Source: an uncultured Pseudomonadales bacterium (lineage in GTDB: Bacteria; Patescibacteriota; Microgenomatia; UBA1400; MFAQ01). From it: 64,000 nt of DNA. Position 1 is the stretch's first letter. Each line of letters begins with the position of its first letter. Below, piece after piece: positions 27,855 through 36,869 of this stretch. The position numbers were made by a program, and so were the translations under genes. The stretch lies in contig CAZGSP010000039.1 of the NCBI GenBank assembly GCA_964528565.1, positions 10,411-74,410 of the forward strand. Direction: 5' to 3'. The notes beneath the pieces are model-generated. The model did no database searches. It was not told the DNA's origin and worked only from the letters and a program-made list of their open reading frames with translations.

Positions 27855-28852
27855 TATTGTATTAGTTTACCAGTAAATAGAAACCCCTGAATAAACCTAA
27901 CTCCGTACCAGAGATGGGTGATGAAAATAACGGGAATTGACAAGAGAGCTTGAAAGAGATTGGATCGCCTCAAGATCCACAGAGCGTTGAACAAAAGAAC
28001 AAGTAGATAAAGACTAGAAATAACCACTCCGATATTCCATACTTTAATTATCAATATATTTTGAATTCCAAAAACATCGACAAACAACATAAACAATAAA
28101 CCTAAAAGCATGAGAGAAGGGAGAAAATATATTGGTTTGAGAGAGGTTTCGGGAAGTATCCGGGCGAAATATCCACGGTGGATGCCGAAGTTCCCGTTTT
28201 GTCTGAGATGCGGAGCAAGAATGGGTCGACGGTGATGATAAACAATAACCTTTGGATCGTAAATAATTTTTTTACCAAGTCTGTGAGTAAGATCCAGACA
28301 TAGTTTGGTGTCTTCACCGGGCCAGTATTTTGAGTCAAAACCGCCGACCTTTTCGAAATCAATCTTCCGAATCGCCAGGTTCATGGAAGGATAGTCGTCT
28401 ACATATTGTTTTTTGTCCGGTAAGAACCGGTACCGATACATCCCCGCCCCGACGGGAGAAGCAGAAGCCCAACCCGAAGCTTCCTCTTGCCAGGAAACTC
28501 CCGGCGGTGTCATCCCGGGGCCTCCAACTCCTGCGATGTTGCTTTTTTTGAAATGGGAAACTAGTGACTTGAGCCAATCGGGCGAAGGATAAGCATCATC
28601 GTCGATAAAGGCAAGAATCTCACCTTTGGCCATCTTGGCTCCAATATCTCTTTTTTCGGCCGGTCCGACATAATGCCCAAAGTATTTTTGACGGAGTTTG
28701 GGATAATCCAAATTTACCCGATAATCACAGACTAAAATGATTTCGAATTTCCTGAAGGTTTGTTTCTCTATCGCATTTAAACACTCAATCAAATAGGGAT
28801 TCTTCTTTTTGTAATCCACTACGATAATAGAAACCAGCGGAACGTATTCCAT
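27854..28852 (-). CDS. Glycosyltransferase family 2 with a C-terminal TM region.
   Basis: VSIIVVDYKKKNPYLIECLNAIEKQTFRKFEIILVCD … ILAFIDDDAYPSPDWL. The C-terminal ~90 aa are hydrophobic. Confidence 0.7.
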   Translation of the reverse strand: MEYVPLVSIIVVDYKKKNPYLIECLNAIEKQTFRKFEIILVCDYRVNLDYPKLRQKYFGHYVGPAEKRDIGAKMAKGEILAFIDDDAYPSPDWLKSLVSHFKKSNIAGVGGPGMTPPGVSWQEEASGWASASPVGAGMYRYRFLPDKKQYVDDYPSMNLAIRKIDFEKVGGFDSKYWPGEDTKLCLDLTHRLGKKIIYDPKVIVYHHRRPILAPHLRQNGNFGIHRGYFARILPETSLKPIYFLPSLMLLGLLFMLFVDVFGIQNILIIKVWNIGVVISSLYLLVLLFNALWILRRSNLFQALLSIPVIFITHLWYGVRFIQGFLFTGKLIQ

Positions 28853-29763
28853 TACTTATATCTTAACCTGAGATTCGGATCCCCGTCCCAGAGATCGGAG
28901 TGACCATCGTCATAATAACGGAGAATGTGTGTTCGATAAATGATGGCCAGATAGTCAATAAAATAATTCTGGATTGAGGATAATCCAACATTGCTGGAAA
29001 AATTGTAGGATATTTCTACCGGTGATTCATAGATTCGTTTAAACCCCAAATGGTTGGCTACCGTTAAAATTTCAAGATCAAAAGCCCATCTCTTAACAAT
29101 TAAACGAGGAAGAACGTTTACCAAGACTTCTCTTTTGAAAACTTTGAGTCCTGTCTGGGTATCGGAAACGTCAAGACCAAAGACAAATTTGGTGGCTTTC
29201 TGAACAAAATAAGAAAGGATTCTTCTCTGTAAGGGATAGATTACTTTGCTGGCATGATGACGTTTACTGCCGATAATAATATCGGCGTTGTACCACTTCA
29301 TGTGTTCGAGAGCAAGACCGATACCTTTGGCGTGAAGATCCGATCCTGCATCGATAAAGGCAATTATTCCTCCTTTTGCTCGAGCCATCCCGTAACGAAT
29401 AGCATAACCCTTGCCTTTGTTTTCAGGATAAAAATATATTTGTGTACTCCTGAACTTGATTTTTTTGGCCAGTTCGTAAGTTTTATCCTTGGGTGTTTTC
29501 CGACCATCTACCACGCAAATAATCTCGTAAGGACGATTCAGGAAATCCAAATGAAGTTTGATAAAGGCCAGGTCTTTATCGATCGTCTTGCAATTGAACG
29601 CAGGAACGATAACCGAAAGTAAGTTTGGATCGACTTTGGATACTTTATTTGAGGCGGCAATGGGCATGAGGAGATTATATACTTTAGTGAGAGTCGTAGG
29701 TGCAAAATTATTAACGACTTGGGTGAAATACCTTATGATCGTTGCGGGAGAGTAGAAAGACAA
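28852..29763 (-). CDS. Glycosyltransferase family 2, DPM1/GtrB-like (candidate polyprenyl-phosphate hexose synthase).
   Basis: LSVIVPAFNCK … YEIICVVDGRKTPKD … ENKGKGYAIRYGMARAKGGIIAFIDAGSDL resembles the DPM1/GtrB/ArnC catalytic core. Confidence 0.6.
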   Translation of the reverse strand: MSFYSPATIIRYFTQVVNNFAPTTLTKVYNLLMPIAASNKVSKVDPNLLSVIVPAFNCKTIDKDLAFIKLHLDFLNRPYEIICVVDGRKTPKDKTYELAKKIKFRSTQIYFYPENKGKGYAIRYGMARAKGGIIAFIDAGSDLHAKGIGLALEHMKWYNADIIIGSKRHHASKVIYPLQRRILSYFVQKATKFVFGLDVSDTQTGLKVFKREVLVNVLPRLIVKRWAFDLEILTVANHLGFKRIYESPVEISYNFSSNVGLSSIQNYFIDYLAIIYRTHILRYYDDGHSDLWDGDPNLRLRYK

Positions 29764-30979
29764 TGAGGAAGGTAGTGAGTAGAAGGTGGAGGCCGAAATT
29801 CGACCAGATCACGAGCGGGAATGAACCTCGAAAAACATAAAATAATATCGGCTGAGCGATGGTAGCCACCAAAAGAAAAATATTGGCTCGGGGGCGGCCA
29901 ATGGCCATAAGGTAGGAAAGAATGAACTGGCTGAGCGCGAAGAAGACCATGGTGAAAGCAAAGATCGAAAGAAAAGGGGCGGCTTCCAGGTAGGCCGAGC
30001 CCGAGAGAACTCTAATTATGAGAGTTGGAAATAGGCTAAAAATGCCGGCACCGGTGGCTCCGAAAAGGAGTACAACGGCACCGAGTTTCATCAGAATAGA
30101 TCTCGCCGAACCGGAAGCCGCATGTCGATGCGCGGCAATAGGAAGAACCAGAGCTACAAGTGGCGTAAGACCAAAAAGGATCATGCGACCCAAAATTGAA
30201 AGGGCTGAGTAAATACCGGAAAGGTGTGGATCAAAAAGAGCCCTAACCATCAGAATATCGGTGGAGATAAGAGACATGGTACCAAGTGCATAAATGAAGC
30301 TGTAACCCATTAAGCCGCCTAAAGAAAAATGCGGAGATTTCTTGATAACGATTTTCGGATAAACCGATGGACGGACGTTGAGAAAGATAATGACGGAAGT
30401 GGCAACGCTGCCCAGGAGTTGACCGATGACGGCGCCGGTAGCTCCAAAACCGAGTCGGATAAAGAAAATTGACAGGACGATAGTAACAAGAACCCCGGCG
30501 AAGCCGACAATGGTTTGGAAAACAAACTTTTGATAAGCTACCAGATATGAGCCAATGATAGTTTGATAGAGGGAAATGAAGACACTAATACCTAAGACAA
30601 TAAAGGCTAGTGAGTTGGCTTTGAAAATAAAGGATAAGGGGCCGGATAAAAAAATCAAAGCAATCCCCAAAAAGACAGCGATGGGGGTCACCGTACGAAG
30701 GAGATAATGGAAAAAGAGGTTGATGGAAACCTTATCGTCTTTGCCTTTAAATTCGGCGACATATTTGATAATGACTGTGGCAATGGTGCCGGTGGGGATT
30801 CCCAGAAGATAAATAAGTGACAAATAGGATAAAAATTCACCGTACGCGGCCGGAGCCAATAAGCGAAGCAGTATCAAATGGAAGAGATACCGAAAAATAC
30901 TCAAACCAAAACTACCGAAGTAAAAGACGGCTGATGAACGCGCTGTAGGTGTGGAAATGGCACGGAAAATTCGCTTCAT
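29711..30979 (-). CDS. MOP-superfamily flippase (Wzx / polysaccharide biosynthesis protein family).
   Basis: 422 aa, about 12 TM helices. Its N-terminal region (…LLRLLAPAAYGEFLSYLSLIYLLG…) is typical of Wzx-like oligosaccharide flippases. Confidence 0.55.
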   Translation of the reverse strand: MKRIFRAISTPTARSSAVFYFGSFGLSIFRYLFHLILLRLLAPAAYGEFLSYLSLIYLLGIPTGTIATVIIKYVAEFKGKDDKVSINLFFHYLLRTVTPIAVFLGIALIFLSGPLSFIFKANSLAFIVLGISVFISLYQTIIGSYLVAYQKFVFQTIVGFAGVLVTIVLSIFFIRLGFGATGAVIGQLLGSVATSVIIFLNVRPSVYPKIVIKKSPHFSLGGLMGYSFIYALGTMSLISTDILMVRALFDPHLSGIYSALSILGRMILFGLTPLVALVLPIAAHRHAASGSARSILMKLGAVVLLFGATGAGIFSLFPTLIIRVLSGSAYLEAAPFLSIFAFTMVFFALSQFILSYLMAIGRPRANIFLLVATIAQPILFYVFRGSFPLVIWSNFGLHLLLTTFLIVFLLSRNDHKVFHPSR

Positions 30980-31019
30980 GGCTAATATAGTTTACGCTAT
31001 ATGGCAGTACAATAATATT

Positions 31020-32432
31020 ATGAATTGGATGAAAAGAAACTGGTTGTGGCCCGTTGCAATACTTCTGATGGGAGTGTTTTGGTGGATGAGGTTTAGCGAT
31101 ATCAGAACATCTTTCTTCTTTTTCAATGATATGGGCAGGGACTCTTTGGTGTTATGGGATTGGAAAGCCACAGGCAAACCTCCTCTCTTGGGCCCACAGG
31201 CCAGTGCGATGCCGATGAACCAAAGTGCCGTCTATTATTACATGCTATATCCATTGTTTCTGGTGTTCGGAGGAGCGACAATTAGCGCTTTATATACAAA
31301 CGCAACTTTGTATATCGTGTGTTTTATTTCGGGATTAATACTCCTAAAAAATCATAAAAAATTACAGATGGCAGTGCTTGTGTTATTTTTTCTGGCCACT
31401 ATGCACCCACAATATATAATCCAAAATCGATTTGTCTGGAATCCTTCATTTATACCTCCGCTCCTATCGATATCATTTATAAGTTTGTTTTTGTTGACGG
31501 AAAAATATAATTTGCGAAGATTGATGGTTTTTTCGATCTCAATGGCTTTAGCCGTAGCTATCCATTTTCCTGCCGGTCCGTTCATGTTGGCGGCTATGAC
31601 ATACATAGCCTTATTTTGGAAAAAGAATAGAGCCAATTCAATTATTGTTTTGATTGGTTTTTTGGTATTTTTTAATCTTCCTACTTTTGTGTTTGAAGCC
31701 AGACACGACTTTCTCATCACCAAAAGTCTATTAAGTCACCAGTGGATTGGTACACAGCAATTTACAGTAGTTCAAAATATTGACAGATTGGCCAACTTTA
31801 CATTTTCGTTGGAGAACAAGACCATTGATTTGTTTTTACTGGTAACTGTACTTATCTATGGAAGTTACATATTTATAAAAAAACCAAAAGAATTTGAAGG
31901 AATGTTGGGATTTTTATTTGTGTTTTCCTTTTTAGTCACCATTGCCAGCAAAATGGCTTTCCATTCTCATTATATTTTCGGATTCACTACATTGATATTT
32001 TTACTAATTTCCGGACTTCCAAAATACTTAAAATGGATGGTTATTGTAGTTTTGGGCCTGGTCTATCTGAATCCAAATGTGACCAAACAGTATTTTGTGA
32101 CGGCACCCAGAACAGTAGAACAAATGGAACAATGTTTTGCCAAAGTATGTGGAGAAATCAAAGAACCCATCTTTGTCTCGACTCAAGCCGGATTTCACTC
32201 ATTTCACAATGGTCCGGAACACAGATTTCTGATGAAGAAAGCCGGATGCGAGGTGAAATATGTAGAAGATCCTTCTCAAATAGCTAATTTGATGGCGGTA
32301 GTGCTGGATGGCTCCAATTATGTACAAGGAGCAACCAACTATAACGAACTGACACTCTTTGGAAAAAGCAAGGAAATCAAAAGGTTTGCTTGTCAAGATA
32401 ATTTTGGGGTGGTGATATTGGAGAGAAATTAA
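31020..32432 (+). CDS. Polytopic membrane protein, paralog B of the D-x-G-R-D / GP…GP-YYY family.
   Basis: FFFFNDMGRDSLVLWDWKATGKPPLLGPQASAMPMNQSAVYYYMLYP. Multi-TM. The start is moved to the internal ATG (MNWMKRNW…), since the track start overlaps the divergent flippase gene. Confidence 0.5.
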   Translation: MNWMKRNWLWPVAILLMGVFWWMRFSDIRTSFFFFNDMGRDSLVLWDWKATGKPPLLGPQASAMPMNQSAVYYYMLYPLFLVFGGATISALYTNATLYIVCFISGLILLKNHKKLQMAVLVLFFLATMHPQYIIQNRFVWNPSFIPPLLSISFISLFLLTEKYNLRRLMVFSISMALAVAIHFPAGPFMLAAMTYIALFWKKNRANSIIVLIGFLVFFNLPTFVFEARHDFLITKSLLSHQWIGTQQFTVVQNIDRLANFTFSLENKTIDLFLLVTVLIYGSYIFIKKPKEFEGMLGFLFVFSFLVTIASKMAFHSHYIFGFTTLIFLLISGLPKYLKWMVIVVLGLVYLNPNVTKQYFVTAPRTVEQMEQCFAKVCGEIKEPIFVSTQAGFHSFHNGPEHRFLMKKAGCEVKYVEDPSQIANLMAVVLDGSNYVQGATNYNELTLFGKSKEIKRFACQDNFGVVILERN

Positions 32433-33851
32433 CTAGATTCCCAGATCACGAAGCAGATTTATTTTTATTGAGCTCTGATTGTTTGATTTTTGGACGCCGT
32501 AAATCCAGCCAAAAGCTTCATCTGCGGGACACGAGAGCGGATTACCGGCATATGTCCGAAAGAGATAACACCAGCCACCGTAGGCAGAGTAGCCAACTTC
32601 ATCTTGTGTTCCTAATATGATGGAGTAAGGCTGGTTTTGGATATCTTTGGTAATTTTGATAATTCTTTCCCTTCGGGATATCAAACCATACTTTGACTGT
32701 TCACAAGTAAAAATTGTAATAGCTGAGAAGAAAACAAGAATGAGAATCAGGAACCAGGAAATTTTGGGGCTTAAGGAAGAAAGAAGTGTCCCCGAGAAAA
32801 TGGAAAATAGGGTAAAGAAACTGAGAAGGTAGTATTCGATCACGTTACCGGGATAAAGAAGATAGGAGGTAATTGAAATAATAAGCATCACGAAAAGAAG
32901 GCAGAATTTTTTGTCTATCTTGGCCCTGAAAAACGAAAGAACCAAGATACCCAAAGAAAAGGATGAAAGGAGAAGGATGGAACCTGTTGGTGTACCCGCA
33001 CCTCCGAAGCCCATTTCGGCCTGAACTGACGTCCGAGGACGTAGATACCAGAAACGACTAAGCGAGTTCCAAGTGGTGGACAAACGGCCAGGCATTCGAT
33101 CTATCATGGAGGTATTGCTTTGGGAAGTGAGCATGCGAAGCGGAGTGCGCAGATTGTCAAAGTTATGGACTTTGTCGAAGACAAGAAGTGGAGAAATCAA
33201 AACCAGATATACGACGACGGAAGATATCCAGGTACTAAAAGTGATTCTTTTGAAGGACTTAAAAACGAGAAAAATAATTACCGGCCAGAACATGAGCAGT
33301 GAAAGGTGAACATGGAGCACCGTGGCCATAATGGCCGAAACGAGAATGAACCAACGAGTATCTTTCTGAGATTTGTATAAAGAATATAACAGCCAAATAG
33401 TCAGTAGCGGAATGGGAGATGGATTCCAGAAACGACGATCAAAGAAATTCAAGAGAGGAGATCCGGCGTATATAAGTGAAGAAAAAATGGCTACCGAGGG
33501 CGAAAACAATTGAGACGAAACAAAGTATAAGGAAATAACCGTAGCCAGACCAAGTAACGGGGCAAAGTAAGCAAGAATAAGGGGGTCTCCTCCCGAGAAG
33601 AAGAATAATAGGGCATTTAAATAGGTGAAGGCGGGTCCAAGATAAAAACCGGTATTTCCGGCGCTCACTCCAATCCAGATGGGATGAAAATCCTGGACCT
33701 GTGACCAAGCAAGAAAAGCCTGATATTCTTCGTCAAAATTGAAACTAAACCACTCACCTGCTTTCCAAAAACGGAGTACCACCAGAAAAACAAATAAGAC
33801 GGCTACGACGAATTTGTATAGATTGTTTGTTGATGAAGATTCTTTGGCCAC
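32433..33851 (-). CDS. GT-C membrane glycosyltransferase, PMT_2/ArnT-like.
   Basis: The first loop carries SFNFDEEYQAFLAWSQ (DE motif). 472 aa, multi-TM. Confidence 0.5.
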   Translation of the reverse strand: MAKESSSTNNLYKFVVAVLFVFLVVLRFWKAGEWFSFNFDEEYQAFLAWSQVQDFHPIWIGVSAGNTGFYLGPAFTYLNALLFFFSGGDPLILAYFAPLLGLATVISLYFVSSQLFSPSVAIFSSLIYAGSPLLNFFDRRFWNPSPIPLLTIWLLYSLYKSQKDTRWFILVSAIMATVLHVHLSLLMFWPVIIFLVFKSFKRITFSTWISSVVVYLVLISPLLVFDKVHNFDNLRTPLRMLTSQSNTSMIDRMPGRLSTTWNSLSRFWYLRPRTSVQAEMGFGGAGTPTGSILLLSSFSLGILVLSFFRAKIDKKFCLLFVMLIISITSYLLYPGNVIEYYLLSFFTLFSIFSGTLLSSLSPKISWFLILILVFFSAITIFTCEQSKYGLISRRERIIKITKDIQNQPYSIILGTQDEVGYSAYGGWCYLFRTYAGNPLSCPADEAFGWIYGVQKSNNQSSIKINLLRDLGI

Positions 33852-33866
33852 AGAAATAGTTTAGTA

Positions 33867-34997
33867 CTAGGCGACGAAGTAGCCGCGAGTAAAGAAAATG
33901 ATGGAGAGAATAGACAAGACGGTGCAAACAGCATAGAGACCATACTTAACAAAAGGATGTTGTTTCTCCAACCAATAAGCCATGACCATGAACACGGGGA
34001 AAAGCACCAAAGTAAACCGGGGCATACTCATAAAAGTGCCGGAAAATGTGGGAAGAGCGAACGACAACAGAACAAATAACCAATAAGAAAAACGGATTCT
34101 CTTGAAGAAAAAAATTAGGATGGTGATAATCAACAAGGCCGAAAGCAACTCCATGACAACGGTAAAGTAGAGAGGATCCCAGTCGGTGAAAATTAGCATT
34201 TTGAAATACCGGAAAAAGACTTGGTGAAGAAGGATGAGTTTGTCCACGGTTCGGCCACCGAAAACAGACTGGATATGAAAAAAGAATAACGGATCCCCGG
34301 TCTTGAGATACTGAAAACGCATGAATGAAAAAAGCCCCAGTGGAGGAAGCAGCAACCATATGGCAGATAGATTAACCGACTTTCTAAAATCTTTGCCGTA
34401 CATGAGCCAGTATTCATAAATGATGGAGGGCCAGAGAAAAAATCCGGTGATTCGGGTGGCCGAAGCGATCGCGGCCAAAAGACAGGCCAGGAAGAAGTGT
34501 TGGCGGCGAAGCAAATAAAAAGTCAGGATAACCAGTAAGAGAAACAAAGACTCGGTATAGACGGAGCCAAAAAAGAAGGCTGTGGGAAAAAGAAGAAGTA
34601 AATAAATAGTACTCTTGGCGATCTTGGGTTTGAAGTCGAGTAGAACTAGTTTGTAGAGGAAATAGAGAGCCAGAATAAGGGAGACGTGTGAGACAAATAA
34701 TCCCGAAGCAAGATAATTACCGAAATAGTTGAAGGTTCGAACCGACCACGGGTAGACAGGGAAAAAAGCATAATCCATATCGGTTTTGTGCTGATAGCCA
34801 TAGCCGTATTGAGCAAGATCCAGGTAATGAAGTCCGTCAAAGTTTGACCACATGGAGAAGATATTACTGACCGAAGGCTTTTCCGTCAGATTGGTGAAGC
34901 GGGTACGGGGAGAAAGGAGGAACATGGCCGGAAGGGCAATAAGAACGATTAGTAGCCGCCAACCCAGAACGAGTTTGAAGATCTCTTTTAGTGACAT
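33867..34997 (-). CDS. GT-C membrane protein resembling the PIG-V / GT76 mannosyltransferase family.
   Basis: WSNFDGLHYLDLAQYGYGYQHKTDMDYAFFPVYPW matches the W-D-x-x-x-Y-x-x-I-A-x-x-G-Y … AFFPLYP signature of PIG-V-like proteins. Confidence 0.45.
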   Translation of the reverse strand: MSLKEIFKLVLGWRLLIVLIALPAMFLLSPRTRFTNLTEKPSVSNIFSMWSNFDGLHYLDLAQYGYGYQHKTDMDYAFFPVYPWSVRTFNYFGNYLASGLFVSHVSLILALYFLYKLVLLDFKPKIAKSTIYLLLLFPTAFFFGSVYTESLFLLLVILTFYLLRRQHFFLACLLAAIASATRITGFFLWPSIIYEYWLMYGKDFRKSVNLSAIWLLLPPLGLFSFMRFQYLKTGDPLFFFHIQSVFGGRTVDKLILLHQVFFRYFKMLIFTDWDPLYFTVVMELLSALLIITILIFFFKRIRFSYWLFVLLSFALPTFSGTFMSMPRFTLVLFPVFMVMAYWLEKQHPFVKYGLYAVCTVLSILSIIFFTRGYFVA

Positions 34998-36001
34998 AGG
35001 GTTTTGTAAACTTCTAGGGTGAGGTGGGCGGTTTTGGACCAGCTGAAATCGCGAGAACGCTTTTTGGCCAGTTCGATCTGCTTGGCCTTGGCTGAAGATG
35101 ATAGATTTAGAGCATTGGCGATTGCTTTTTCCATCGATTTTAATTTTCTTGGGTTAAAGACGATCGCCTCTTCGTGGTAGACCTCCGGGAGACTGGAGGT
35201 CTTGGAACTGGCCACCAGACAACCGGCTGTCATCGCTTCGAGTAGTGGAAGACCAAACCCTTCGTAGAGGGAGGGCTGGACATAAAGTTCGGCCAAATGA
35301 AGCATGGCATTAAAGTCATCGTTTGGGACGTAACCCGGATAAATAATGTGGTTATAGACCTGAAGTCGGACAAGATCGATAAGCTCGGGTTCGACCGGTT
35401 TGACGATCTCCTGCAGCATACCTTTTCCGACTATGACGAGCGGTATTTCCAGACGATCGGTGACTTCTGCCAGTGAAGGGAGATTCTTGTTCGGGTTGGG
35501 ACCGGCGGCGAGAGTCAGAACAAATTTGTCGGGTAAATGATATTTTTCTTTTACCTCCTTAAGTTTGGATGCCGAGGGAACTTTTCGGTATGCCTCGTCC
35601 ACAGCCAGAGGGGTAACAAATATTTTCTCCGGAGCGGTGCGGAAGTACTTGATGATATCTTCTTTGGAATTTCCGGAATCGGTGATAATGGCAGAGACGG
35701 TTCTGAGTGACCACCACTGAATGAGAAGTTTTATGGTTCCCCTAATGCCTTTGGGGTATTTATCGGCCAGAACCAAGGGTGTCAGATCGTGGATGGTGAC
35801 AACGGTCGGTCTTTCTTTTTTTAAGGGTAAGGTGAGATAAAAAGGATCGAAAAAAGGATAGTGAATAATGTCGGGATCTTTATCGGTCAGCTCAATTTTC
35901 GGTAATTTTTCGAGGGCAGTTCGAAGATGTTCGGCATAGACACCGACTCCCCTACCGGAAGAGTGTCCACCACCATCGAGAAAGACTTTAATTGGTGCCA
36001 T
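34988..36001 (-). CDS. Glycosyltransferase family 4 (GT-B).
   Basis: …VVTIHDLTPLV… and …EGFGLPLLEAMTAGCLVASSKTSSLPEV…. Confidence 0.7.
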   Translation of the reverse strand: MAPIKVFLDGGGHSSGRGVGVYAEHLRTALEKLPKIELTDKDPDIIHYPFFDPFYLTLPLKKERPTVVTIHDLTPLVLADKYPKGIRGTIKLLIQWWSLRTVSAIITDSGNSKEDIIKYFRTAPEKIFVTPLAVDEAYRKVPSASKLKEVKEKYHLPDKFVLTLAAGPNPNKNLPSLAEVTDRLEIPLVIVGKGMLQEIVKPVEPELIDLVRLQVYNHIIYPGYVPNDDFNAMLHLAELYVQPSLYEGFGLPLLEAMTAGCLVASSKTSSLPEVYHEEAIVFNPRKLKSMEKAIANALNLSSSAKAKQIELAKKRSRDFSWSKTAHLTLEVYKTLCH

Positions 36002-36869
36002 ATTCTTCGTCTTTATAGAGTTCCCATAGTTTCATATAGGAGAAAGCGTGATGAAGACCGGAATAGAGTGAAAAAACAAAGCCTGGAAAACCATCCATGA
36101 AGCCGCGGTAACGGAAATAGAGACTGCAGAAAGTGCCGAGGGGTTTAAAAAATAAATAGTTTAGCGTATTAAAGATGTTGATCTTGACTCCGGCTTCTTT
36201 TAATTGATGAGCCTTCAGACTAGAGTACGTATTTTCTCTCAGGAGATATCGGGAAAAATGAGGGGTGGCGTAATGATCCAGATCCGACACCAACCAACCG
36301 GTAACGCCGTGGACCACCATTTGCTCGTGAACGTCCTTGGCCGGAAGAACAGCTTTCCCTTTTTGAAAGAGACGGATGACCGGATCGGGGTACTGACCGG
36401 CGTTTTTGAGATAACGATTCAGAAAGAAGTTTTTACGGGGTAGCCAGTAGGCAGGGGCTGGTTCCGTCAATTTTTTTGGTCTGGGAAAAACAGTTAGATA
36501 TTTATTGACCGATGATTTGAGAGGAGAGATCCAGGAATCATAGCCAAAATACGTGCCCTCCAGAATACCGACGATCTCCTTCTTCATCCCGGGGGTAACT
36601 CTTTCGTCGGCATCCATCTGAAGAATCCAGTCGGACTGGGCTTCCCGGTTCGCGATGGCTTTTTGAATATGGAAGATCGGATTGTTTTCCCGGAGGAGGA
36701 TTTTGGCCCCATATTTCTTGGCGATCTCTACCGTCTTGTCCTGAGACCGGCCATCGACGATGATGATCTCGTCCGCAAAGTCTTTGACCGAGTCGAGACA
36801 GGCGGCGATGTTTGACTCTTCGTTGTAGGTAGCCAGGGTGACGGAGATAGTTTGGCGTTTTATTTTCAT
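35988..36869 (-). CDS. Glycosyltransferase family 2, D-x-D-E-R subfamily.
   Basis: ISVTLATYNEESNIAACLDSVKDFADEIIIVDGRSQDKT … WILQMDADERVTPGMKKEIVGIL. A paralog of the ORFs at 1718, 59631 and 62310. Confidence 0.7.
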   Translation of the reverse strand: MKIKRQTISVTLATYNEESNIAACLDSVKDFADEIIIVDGRSQDKTVEIAKKYGAKILLRENNPIFHIQKAIANREAQSDWILQMDADERVTPGMKKEIVGILEGTYFGYDSWISPLKSSVNKYLTVFPRPKKLTEPAPAYWLPRKNFFLNRYLKNAGQYPDPVIRLFQKGKAVLPAKDVHEQMVVHGVTGWLVSDLDHYATPHFSRYLLRENTYSSLKAHQLKEAGVKINIFNTLNYLFFKPLGTFCSLYFRYRGFMDGFPGFVFSLYSGLHHAFSYMKLWELYKDEEYGTN

